Assembly: GCA_964019425.1 (NCBI GenBank)
Contig: OZ025781.1
Location: 310,001 to 374,000, forward strand
Direction: 5' to 3'
DNA: 64,000 bases
From: Flectonema sp. DT1601
Taxonomy: Eukaryota
This document shows positions 44,076-53,788 of this stretch, piece after piece. Position 1 is the stretch's first letter; each line of letters starts with the position of its first letter. A program made the translations under genes and the position numbers. The notes under the pieces are model-generated. The model did no database searches, had not been told where the DNA came from, and was given only the letters and a program-made list of their open reading frames with translations.

Positions 44076-46169
44076 TTACCGAGTTGGGAAATTCGGATCC
44101 ACGTCAATATCTGAACCCGCCTGATTCGCAACTGATTTGTAGTACTTCGTCCAACGTTGATCATTACGATTTCCGAAGTTAAATTTACGTTTCTTTATCC
44201 TTTCTTGTTTCCTCTCCTTTAGAATTTGATGACCATCTTGAGTCCTGGCAGGTGATGAAGTACGAGTTCGAACAGCATCCTTAAGAAGAGAAGTAATCGG
44301 TGATGCGTGTGTTCTTCTTCTTGCTATGTTAGTTGCCAAGGCGCGAGAATTCTCTTCGTGCTCTATCTTTTGAATTGGAGGAGCAGGAAAATCAGAATTA
44401 GGTTGATACCTTTTAAGAGCTTTTACCTCTCCGTGAGCTACCCTCTGCTCACCTGGTGGACTGTTTCTGTGAGAAGGGCTGTGGTGAGGAATTGAGAACT
44501 GAACGCTATCAACTTGCTTCTCGTTCTTCGCCATCTCATTCATCATTGAACTGCTTGGAGTAACTTTCGAAAGTTCTCTTTTTTTATATTCAGACAATGC
44601 ATCAGCCACAGCAAGAGACCTACCTCCGGTTAAAGCTCCCGTGGTATATTCTTCTGCATTAGGGATTTCTGATGGTGACGTTACTTGTCGTCCGTTGCTG
44701 TCTTGCATAACCATTCTTTTAACTGCTTTGTTCGGAGCTTCTATCAGAATCGGTATTGGTATTTCTTCTGTTTGTCGGGTTGCATCGCATCTAAACTCAT
44801 CGACAATATCGTCATCAGGATCTAAGAAGTTATTTTCTATTAAATCATCTATCATGGCATTTAATACTCCTGCGGAGCCAGGAACGTTTTGCTTTGTTGT
44901 GATAAACTTTAAATATGATAAAGAAGCTCCTATCATCCCATGTGTTATGTATACATTCGATATCGCGTTATGAAAATGAAGAACTTCTGGTCTGATTTTA
45001 GCTAAATATAAAAATAGTATTATTTGAACGTCGAATTCGGCTTGTTGAGCATCCTCAGTCAGAGATTCTTGATCATCAGTGTGTTGTTCTATCACTGCAA
45101 GGGGTGAATCTGGATGAAACGATGGGTTTGGATTTGATGAGTCTGATAAATATTTTTTATCATCGTCAGCATTTCCGTCAATGAATTTATATAGAGAGAG
45201 TCGTTTGTCACGTCTGGATTCGAAGTCATACGATATACCGAGACAGTCATCCTTCGTTAATCCAATATCTTTGTAAACTCTATAGAATAATGATGCGACT
45301 TGAGCATCAACGATTACCAGAATTCTTTTAAGACTCTCATTCGATCGTTTTGATATAATCGCTTGGTCTTGTACTCTCCTAACTAAGTGAACAGTCGGTT
45401 GTATAATTGAAAAGAACAACGTCGGTAAATCTAAAGATTCTATTTGCTGAAGAGATGTTGATGGTGTTGCTCTACTTTTTATTTTATCAGCCAAGATTGA
45501 GGGTATGACATGAACGTTTTCGTCAGCATGAAGACCCATATCACCAACTGTGACGTCATGAATAGAATACTCCTCATTCGTACCATCAACGCCACCTCCA
45601 CCATTACTCGAATGCACACAAAGGTGTTCTTGAACAGCTGCGTTCACAAGTTGTTTTTTTGAAAATGAAATTCGCTGAGGTAGTCCCAAATATCTAACAG
45701 GTATTGATTTTCTTAGGCAAGTTGCAGCAGCAGCGACCTGTGGTAGGCATGTTTTTAACCCATGTTTTTGATTATTTAATACTAATTTCGCAATAAAATC
45801 AGGAGGAAGTCCCAAACTGCTGGCTCTAAGCACAGCCTGACTCCGTTTTTCTGGTTCTGATGTTAGGCAATCTTGGGTTGCGAGGATGACGTCTGCTCCT
45901 GGTGAGTCTAAGCAAACTTCGACTTCGTTTCCTTTTCTCCATTCCGTTTCTGACAACAAATCTTTTACGTCTTTTGCATTGTCTTCTGAAGAATAATTGA
46001 CTCCCATAACATGAATATCAATTCCGGTATTTTGATCTTTGATTGGCCTCCTTATTAATTCCTCGTAATATCCAAATCCATCACTGTGGGGTTCCCAAAC
46101 CCATTTTTCTAGATAATCAATACAGCGATTTGATACCCATCGTCGTGATGCTAAAACACATCGTATCAT
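44076..46169 (-). CDS. Putative mitochondrial protein with divergent TraB-like N-terminal domain
   Basis: Presequence-like MIRCVLASRRW. IHVMGVNYSSEDNAKDVKDLL...VCLD resembles the TraB VYLVGTAHVS...V.VEL start but without the His and Glu. Confidence 0.55.
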   Translation of the reverse strand: MIRCVLASRRWVSNRCIDYLEKWVWEPHSDGFGYYEELIRRPIKDQNTGIDIHVMGVNYSSEDNAKDVKDLLSETEWRKGNEVEVCLDSPGADVILATQDCLTSEPEKRSQAVLRASSLGLPPDFIAKLVLNNQKHGLKTCLPQVAAAATCLRKSIPVRYLGLPQRISFSKKQLVNAAVQEHLCVHSSNGGGGVDGTNEEYSIHDVTVGDMGLHADENVHVIPSILADKIKSRATPSTSLQQIESLDLPTLFFSIIQPTVHLVRRVQDQAIISKRSNESLKRILVIVDAQVASLFYRVYKDIGLTKDDCLGISYDFESRRDKRLSLYKFIDGNADDDKKYLSDSSNPNPSFHPDSPLAVIEQHTDDQESLTEDAQQAEFDVQIILFLYLAKIRPEVLHFHNAISNVYITHGMIGASLSYLKFITTKQNVPGSAGVLNAMIDDLIENNFLDPDDDIVDEFRCDATRQTEEIPIPILIEAPNKAVKRMVMQDSNGRQVTSPSEIPNAEEYTTGALTGGRSLAVADALSEYKKRELSKVTPSSSMMNEMAKNEKQVDSVQFSIPHHSPSHRNSPPGEQRVAHGEVKALKRYQPNSDFPAPPIQKIEHEENSRALATNIARRRTHASPITSLLKDAVRTRTSSPARTQDGHQILKERKQERIKKRKFNFGNRNDQRWTKYYKSVANQAGSDIDVDPNFPTR

Positions 46170-46286
46170 GCGTGTGATAACTGATACAAGATTTATTTAA
46201 TGACAGTCAACGAAATAAATAGAACAATAGAAATAGTGCTGTGGCACGTCAGTAAGATTTGATATCATGTACAAAGAAAAGCAATT

Positions 46287-46326
<40 letters not shown>

Positions 46327-46461
46327 GATACAAAAAATTACACGACAAAGGATTTGTGTGTATAAGATGGTGATTGCAATTTTTTTTTTTTCAAACTTAG
46401 TCGATATTATGACTTGCAATTACCTGAGCAAATGACATTGGCATATTTTTTGCTTGTCTTG

Positions 46462-46495
<34 letters not shown>

Positions 46496-46497
46496 TT

Positions 46498-47070
46498 TCA
46501 GTCGTTCTTTTTGTTTTCAGATTCCGATTCTTTTTTTTTATCAAAAAATGAAATCGGATCTTCACCGCCTTTCTGAGGAACTGGTATGTTATCAAGTTCT
46601 TCTTTAGTAATGTCTGGTACGAATGGAGCTGTTAACCAGCCTCTTATTTCATATTTACGTTTAAACATTGCCTCCCAGTCGTTTAATATTTTTGTTTCTT
46701 TTTCATTAAGATCAGTCCATTGTTGATTTGCTTCAGAATCGTTAACTGTCATTTTTCCTAGATGACGGCTGATGTCTTTTCCTGAAAACACTGAGTAAGC
46801 TGCTCCTGGTCCATAATGAACTGGATCGACGTGATAAACGATGCCTTTGCATCCAAGGAACGCGTCTCGTCCCCATTTTCCATTATGTTTTTTTAACTCA
46901 TCAACTGTGAATGATCTCTTCTCCGGAGGTGGTTTCGGTGGCCCTACCAATTTAGGTTTTATACTCCTACCACCCATCGCTATAAACCCCGCTATCAATA
47001 CAGCAATCACGATAAGAACGTTTTCAAAATCAAAGTTATTCACCACATTACTTATTATAGTTTCGATCAT
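46498..47070 (-). CDS. Membrane-anchored cytochrome b5-like heme/steroid-binding protein (MAPR/PGRMC/Dap1 family)
   Basis: N-terminal TM. Motifs FTVDELKKHNG, KGIVYHV, HYGPGAAYSVFSGKDISR (heme Tyr), LNDWEAMFKRKY. Confidence 0.92.
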   Translation of the reverse strand: MIETIISNVVNNFDFENVLIVIAVLIAGFIAMGGRSIKPKLVGPPKPPPEKRSFTVDELKKHNGKWGRDAFLGCKGIVYHVDPVHYGPGAAYSVFSGKDISRHLGKMTVNDSEANQQWTDLNEKETKILNDWEAMFKRKYEIRGWLTAPFVPDITKEELDNIPVPQKGGEDPISFFDKKKESESENKKND

Positions 47071-48181
47071 ATTTTATTATTATTATTTTTTTTTTAATAT
47101 TTCTGTTTTAACAAATGTATAATAACAATCAGTCTATAATAAACCACATCAATCGTAATTCACGATTCCTTCTCAACGGAAGGAGAGCATCCCCCAGCTG
47201 GTAATTCTCCATTGCTGTTTTATTCCTTTTTATTATATTGAATTGTTCAAAAAAAAAAAAAAAAAAAAGAAATCAACAACAACAAAAAAGGCATCGACCT
47301 GGAGATATATAAAGGTTGTTACAAATCATATAAAACTCATATATAAATTAATTCATGATAAAAGTTTATTTCAGAGAGATATTAGGTAAAAAAAACACTT
47401 CTACATGTATATAACCCATCAGTAAAGAAACAGTATTCTACTACAGCGTGAACGAAAAAAAAAAAAAAAAAAAAGAGGGTCTCACAAATCCTCTCTCCAA
47501 AACTTTTTTTTTTTATGTGCGTGTATTAACTTACTGCATCAGGCATACATTGCTTCCCTTTAGGGGGGTTTTTAATTAAAAAAATCTGTAAGACTAAATC
47601 AGTGTTTTTGTACGCCAAACATGTGAACCACATATTGAGTTAGCCAACTCGAAAAGAAAAAAAAAGGGGAATGGGGGAGAGAAAAAAAAAAGGGGAATAT
47701 TGAGATTTGAGTCAAAAAAAAAAAAAAAAAAAAAGAAAACAGCTGTCATAAAATCAATAGGGGGGTTATCCTCATGCTGATGTATGAGCGTACACTCACA
47801 GTACTTTTTTTTTTAGGCTTGAGGCGAATTATAGCTTTGACTGTAGCCCGCCCAGCAGGACCCAGATACGTCTAATGAGTATTTTTAAGTTTTTTTTTTC
47901 TTGCCCGGTGGGTACAAAAAAATTTAAAAAAAAAAAAAAAAAGTTTAAAAAAAAATATGGCCTTACTCACACATCGTAAAAGATTATGCGACCCCAAGAA
48001 AATGAAAAAGTAAAGTACATTTGAAAAATAAAATAACTTGCGGGAATCATGCAAGACAAAAGCTGAGAAGGATTAACAGAGAATAGAATAATCCATGTGC
48101 AGCAAGCTGTTTGAGAAACGCTGCAAGTTTACTAAACAACACAGTAAAAGCTGAATACAAAAAAAAGAAAATACTTCATCA

Positions 48182-48212
<31 letters not shown>

Positions 48213-48719
48213 AAAATCCGACACCGTCATCGCTGAGGAATGATTGAATGACGCAGCGTCGTTTACTTGTTTGGGAACACTGATTTTTTGGAACCCAAAA
48301 GCAAGCAAAAAAAAAAAAGAAAAAAAAAACTGAAATAAATCAACCAAAACAGTAGGCAAGATGACCCACACAAAACACCATTTCTTCTGCTCAGTTTTGT
48401 AACGCAATACACACATAGGGGGGTACACATCGAGTTTTTTTTAGAACTCCCTTATCCTCGAAAAAAAAAAAAAAAAAAAGATAATGCACTGCAAAAAGTT
48501 CACATAAACTAAACTCAAATAGCAACACGAGACAAGGTGATCTCCGCAAAAAAGAAAAAAAACGAAGCAATGAAACTGTAATGGGGAAAGAAGAAAGGCA
48601 TTGCAACAGGAATGATTGTTCTCCATCAAATCACTTCATTGGATAATGCTATCTCCAAAGCAAACTGGGCTAGCGTACAGGCATCACACAGTCTGGGTGG
48701 TTTTTTTTTTCACTTGATG

Positions 48720-48762
<43 letters not shown>

Positions 48763-48763
48763 C

Positions 48764-50377
48764 CTATCGTACGGCTGGTACACCAGACCCGTTAAGCTTG
48801 TCCTTCGCTACCAACGATTCTTGGTCAGCTTCAGCAATTCGAGCAATCAGCTCACTAGTTGACATCCCTCCTGTTCGGGGAGCACATCTTAAGATTCCCA
48901 TCTCACGAGGCACCCGATAGTACTTGTCATCAGGTTTATTAAAATACTCTTCTCCGCAAACAATTAAATGAATATTGTGATCTTCAATAAAACTCCTCGG
49001 GATTCCATTACATGGAGCATTCGGAATAACTTTGCTGACATATTTGCAAGCACCGACCTCAATAGCTCTCTCTGAAGCAGTCATAACTGGTCTTCTTTTA
49101 TACGGAGTTGCATCCTCGTCGTTTACTACTCCAACGAAGAGAGCATTTCCAAAACGAGCGCTTGCTTCGAACATACGCATGTGTCCAATATGGCAAAGGT
49201 CATAAATACCATCGACGTACACGTTTCTGACAACAGTGAATAATGGCATTTTCGAATGCTCACACAGATCATAGAAAATCGAGAGAAAATAAAATAAAAA
49301 CAACGCGAATTCAATAAAAAAATCCAACACCGATATCATGCAAAAGATAATGATCCAAGGATGAAGGGAGCGATTGGCAAATTTTGACACCGTCATATCC
49401 GTCATAAGAACTGCTAAGAAGAACCCATCTACTAAAATAGACGAAATGCTTACTTCAGCGATAAGACCAAGTTGAAGCATGAAGGCAGGAACAATTCGGT
49501 AGGTCAGACAAATTAATAATCTGCTTTGAGTTTGACGATATGATTCCTTTGTTGAAGACATAAAACATCCAAGAACGACAGCAATAAGCATCATAGTATA
49601 AAATGTTAAGAACCCGTCGTGGACGAAACTTTCCCGATGAGCATCAAACTGACTGACATTCTGACGAACGTCCTCACAGAATGGAAGCTTTTCGACATAT
49701 CCAACGACTATTGCTACCCAAGACCACCAAAGTTGTAATAACCATTCCGACGTATCAACAGAAATAGCATAGAAAGCTGCCTTGGTAAGACACAACAAAG
49801 GGAAAAGCGGAACTAATGCTGCAGGTCCCGGAATGAACCACGCAACTAAATGGCGTGAAGTTCCATGCATTTCTCTAACGTGAATGGCCAAGAAGAATAA
49901 CTGAATGCCCTGAATGGCATACCAGATGGTACTCAATTCGGTAATACCTAACACTGTACGGCATAATATTACTGTAAGCATCACTGGAGCACAGCTGTTT
50001 ACAGCGCTGACGAGGAGGAGTCCGATGTTGCTGCGATTTCTGATACGAACGGCATGCAGTCCGTCAATAGCATCAAAAATATAATAAGCAGCCACGAGTA
50101 AGGCACACATTACAGCTGTAGCTACAGGAAAACTCTCACTGTGTTTGTGTGATATGTACGCTCCGTGCAATAATGTAACAAGTCCCGCTAACGTTAAAAC
50201 ATTTGGTGCGATAGTATCCGGGACAGTATCAGCAATCAACTTCATTACTCTGTAGAGCATTCGTTCTATTAATGTATTTGTACCCCAAACATCACCAATT
50301 GCCTTGTAAGCTAATACATTATCCTTCTCTATGTCTGACCAGAAGAACCAATTAGCACGAGAATACTGTGTCGCCAT
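48764..50377 (-). CDS. Choline/ethanolamine-phosphate cytidylyltransferase fused to an N-terminal CDP-alcohol phosphotransferase-like membrane domain
   Basis: N-terminal APNVLTLAG and DAIDGLHA with multiple TMs. C-terminal VYVDGIYDLCHIGH (HxGH), ACKYVSKVI, RTGGMSTSELIARI. Confidence 0.9.
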   Translation of the reverse strand: MATQYSRANWFFWSDIEKDNVLAYKAIGDVWGTNTLIERMLYRVMKLIADTVPDTIAPNVLTLAGLVTLLHGAYISHKHSESFPVATAVMCALLVAAYYIFDAIDGLHAVRIRNRSNIGLLLVSAVNSCAPVMLTVILCRTVLGITELSTIWYAIQGIQLFFLAIHVREMHGTSRHLVAWFIPGPAALVPLFPLLCLTKAAFYAISVDTSEWLLQLWWSWVAIVVGYVEKLPFCEDVRQNVSQFDAHRESFVHDGFLTFYTMMLIAVVLGCFMSSTKESYRQTQSRLLICLTYRIVPAFMLQLGLIAEVSISSILVDGFFLAVLMTDMTVSKFANRSLHPWIIIFCMISVLDFFIEFALFLFYFLSIFYDLCEHSKMPLFTVVRNVYVDGIYDLCHIGHMRMFEASARFGNALFVGVVNDEDATPYKRRPVMTASERAIEVGACKYVSKVIPNAPCNGIPRSFIEDHNIHLIVCGEEYFNKPDDKYYRVPREMGILRCAPRTGGMSTSELIARIAEADQESLVAKDKLNGSGVPAVR

Positions 50378-51105
50378 GTTGTTATAATTAAAATTAGTTT
50401 CTTATTATGTTTACTGTATCAAGAGAATGACTAAAACATGAACAGAGGGGTGGAGTATTCAGTTACCAGACTGGAAATACTATCACCGAGTGTGATATGC
50501 ACTCTCCATGCAACAATTCAGTACGTGATTAGTGTTGTGTATTTCTGACTGAAGTGTGAACATATAGATGTTATGTTTTTGAGACAAAAAGAATCTCATA
50601 TAATTAAACGAGAGACTAAAAGTTTAGTTTAGTTAATTGTTTTTTACAAAGAGAATACGAGCTTCCCAATGCAGTTAAAAAGAAAGAGAGAGGAAGTCGG
50701 TTTGGAGAGGGATGCTGATGTGTTATAAATGTCCAAACCCACAATCAGTGTTATATAATAAAGTTCACTATAATAAATATGATTCCCAAGTCGTTTGTTA
50801 TACGAAGTTAAACAAAACCTTCTTGTGAGTTTTATCATTTTAAAAGAGGAAGTGAGAGAGCATAAAAAGAATGAAGTGTTCGTACATCCAACTCCTTATA
50901 AACAACCTTAAAGTTCGTCACCTTGTTGGATGAGAAATACATAAAAAGTCATCAACTGGGTTGGATGATTACGAAGTCAAAACAGGGAAAGATTTTCGTC
51001 TTTCAAAAAAGTCCAGAACAAGGGCGGCAATAAAACTGAAGAAACGTACCACACAAACTTTTAATTTAACGTGTCGTGAATAAATTCGCAACTATTAATT
51101 TTATT

Positions 51106-52014
51106 CTACGGACTGCTGTCGTTTGGACAACCGTTGCTTTCACAACCTGGTCCTGCAGGAAAGGGACCATGAGACTTCACACACCAGTCTTCAGGACAGT
51201 CCCCCTCTACTCCAAACATAGTAAGAATCTCATGGTGTTTCGATGGGATGATTTCTGTAACAGTCCCGTCAGTGGCATCGATCTTCGTATGGAAGGCAGT
51301 CGTGCGAAACTTTTCGTCGAAACGCGGAGAACACGATCCGCTGTCCCAACCTCTCAGAATAAGTTCCTGCGTCAGTCCATTAGGCTTTTCTCCAGTACAC
51401 TCCGCACAGCGGTAGAGTGACACCCAGAAGATGCATTCAGTTCCCTCACAACAAGTCAACTTGATGTCCATGTCTCGAGGTGTCGGGTGCGGAAACTCAT
51501 ATGCGTACATCCCGTCGATGTTGTCGTGGAAGTTCGAGTAGCTCACCCCTCCGAAATCAAGAACGTCGGTGGAACTCGTGAGCGGACCGTGTTGAGGAAG
51601 TGAATCATAATTGTTGCCGTTGTTTATCGAGAACGACACCCCAGACAGGCACTCTGGAGTCGGAATTTTACGCGTTCTGAACTTCGCTCTCAGAGAAGTT
51701 CCAATCAAATCACCACGCCTCTTAACGAAACACTTCACCCAATAGCGTGTCTTCGGTTTGATTGGAACTCCTGCTGCATCAAAAAGAATATCATCCATTC
51801 TATTGATCCTGCGAACGTCATCCTTCTCCACTCGCACCGAATGTGAAGCAAAAGGAGGATGCCAAAGGAATCCGTAGTCAACGTTCCTTTCGTAAGCCGC
51901 ACAAACCAAATCCGATCGCACTCTCGGTCTGGTGTCAACGCTAACCCGAACCTTGATACTGAAAGCAGTCAGTGACATCTTTGCAATGAGAGTGATAGCA
52001 TTGGCGTTACCCAT
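51106..52014 (-). CDS. Hypothetical protein with FN3-like segment and Cys-rich C-terminal domain
   Basis: ORF from MGNANA. FN3-like end IKPKTRYWVKC. Cys-rich YRCAEC...GWDSGSCSPRF. GC content higher than neighbours. Confidence 0.7.
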   Translation of the reverse strand: MGNANAITLIAKMSLTAFSIKVRVSVDTRPRVRSDLVCAAYERNVDYGFLWHPPFASHSVRVEKDDVRRINRMDDILFDAAGVPIKPKTRYWVKCFVKRRGDLIGTSLRAKFRTRKIPTPECLSGVSFSINNGNNYDSLPQHGPLTSSTDVLDFGGVSYSNFHDNIDGMYAYEFPHPTPRDMDIKLTCCEGTECIFWVSLYRCAECTGEKPNGLTQELILRGWDSGSCSPRFDEKFRTTAFHTKIDATDGTVTEIIPSKHHEILTMFGVEGDCPEDWCVKSHGPFPAGPGCESNGCPNDSSP

Positions 52015-52517
52015 CTTTGGGGACTTTTGTTTTTGGAATCTGTGAAACAAGAATTGAAAAAAAAAAAAAAAAAAATAACATGAACAACAATAAGAAATGT
52101 CTTCCTACCTACCAATACGAGCTGTACGAAAATAAAATAATATATTGATACGTGTTATAGCCCCCATACGGAGAAGAACCTAAACTTAAGACAAGTTAAT
52201 TTGTTGGCATCTCATCGGTAGCGATGGGAAATTATTGCCGCAAGAATGAAATATGATATTGCGTTACGTGCTAACAAAAAAATAAGAATGAGAAAAAAAA
52301 AAGAAAGAAAAAAAAGTTTAAAAAGAACCGTAAAAAAGCACAAATTCACGAATAAAAATAAATCGTTTTCGTGCCAACAAAACTGTTTTATTCAATTTAA
52401 TTTCTTTTTTTTATAATCGTTCGAGACTCTCACCAGTAACAAAAAACTATTGGCCGACAGTTTGCCTGTGACAACCTGCTGGAAAGGATGAACATCAATG
52501 TGGACACGAAACCTGAA

Positions 52518-53483
52518 TTACGTACCACGAGTCTTAATAGAAATACTAAGATAGCCGATGGCTGCTTCCATTCCTTCAGCAGACGGTGCTGCGGCAAAGA
52601 TGCCAACTGAAATTGAGTTTTTTCCGATTTCTTCTCCTTCATCATATAAAGTAGCAATACGAAGTGTTGACCAGTGTGACGGATGTTCATTTGGAGTAGT
52701 ATTAGACTCAATTAAGACATTGTCACCGTCGACAGAAAACCTGAACGAAGCCTCTCTGCAATTATCACAGACCGACGGAGAATAATCTGAGTATCCATTA
52801 TTCGTGACAATAGTACCTAATTGCAGTGTCGATGTTTCTGGTTCTTTACCGATGTACGCCCCAACCCATGAGGTGCTTCCTCTACGTGCCATAATACCAA
52901 CTTTATCACCGTTGCTTTTAGCGAGAAGACCTACTCTAGCTGTTGCTATGATGCATTCACCTGGATTTTGAGGTACTTCAAGGTGTAAAAAGTGACCGTC
53001 GTCGCACGATCCACGTTCGCCATCACCTGCAGCTTGCCAAAAATCAGTTCCAGGAGTAGCTTTAATTAATAAATTGTTATAAGTAGGATGGTATCTAACG
53101 TTTATTGGTTTATTATACCAGTGTAGTAGTGGACAGTCGAATACTAAAGGTGAGACCGGTGTCCATCCGGGTGGTTTGTTGAGAGGGACATCAGCCGATC
53201 GATCTCTTGACCACGTTATGGGTACCTTTGAGTAGTCGAATACTTCGTGAACTCTAATTTCACCATCATTATCACTTTTAATGTTAATCACCCATTCTGG
53301 AACTGTAACTCTCATGACATGTGGTTGTAGTTGTTTCCAACTATCTCCTGGGCTTTGTGTCAGTATCCCACTTCCTTTTATCATCCCCTTCCTCTCTCCT
53401 CTAGTACGCCACCAGTACATAGATCCCAACAATTGCAGAAGAGTAGCCACAGCGAACAGAGCTATTAATTTTGCCTGTCTCAT
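52518..53483 (-). CDS. Type II membrane protein with DUF1349/Ree1 (concanavalin-like) domain
   Basis: N-terminal TM. DUF1349-type motifs ATPGTDFWQ, DDGHFL, DKVGIM, VTNNGYSDYS, WSTLRIA, VGIFAAAP. Confidence 0.8.
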   Translation of the reverse strand: MRQAKLIALFAVATLLQLLGSMYWWRTRGERKGMIKGSGILTQSPGDSWKQLQPHVMRVTVPEWVINIKSDNDGEIRVHEVFDYSKVPITWSRDRSADVPLNKPPGWTPVSPLVFDCPLLHWYNKPINVRYHPTYNNLLIKATPGTDFWQAAGDGERGSCDDGHFLHLEVPQNPGECIIATARVGLLAKSNGDKVGIMARRGSTSWVGAYIGKEPETSTLQLGTIVTNNGYSDYSPSVCDNCREASFRFSVDGDNVLIESNTTPNEHPSHWSTLRIATLYDEGEEIGKNSISVGIFAAAPSAEGMEAAIGYLSISIKTRGT

Positions 53484-53788
53484 TTTTTTTTTTTTTTTTT
53501 TTCTTTCTATTACATCGGTGGCTTTAGTGGAGGTTGGAAGGGGGAAGGAAAAGAAAATTAAACTATTGTAAACATAAAACACTCGTTCACTACTACAGAA
53601 CTTTCTTCCTACACAGAAAAGACCGTGAAGGGAGAAAAAGTAAAATAGGCTCGCAATATTCGAATTAAAAAAAAAAAAAAAAAACTAAAATCTAAGAGTG
53701 TGAATGAAAACAGAACTGAAACATAGAAAAACAAAAGAAAAAAAAAAAAACACCATAATATCACACAAACAGACTTAGTTAAGAATAA

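Noticed and set aside
4331..46169. Functional clustering of mitochondrial genes (ATP synthase subunit, ICT1-like, MAM33, MIP)
   Set aside because: They are interspersed with unrelated genes, which is expected in a polycistronic-type array.
47140..47880. Small hairpins at about 47151-47183 and 47771-47852 as tRNA/ncRNA
   Set aside because: Short stems with no cloverleaf, T-loop or box motifs.
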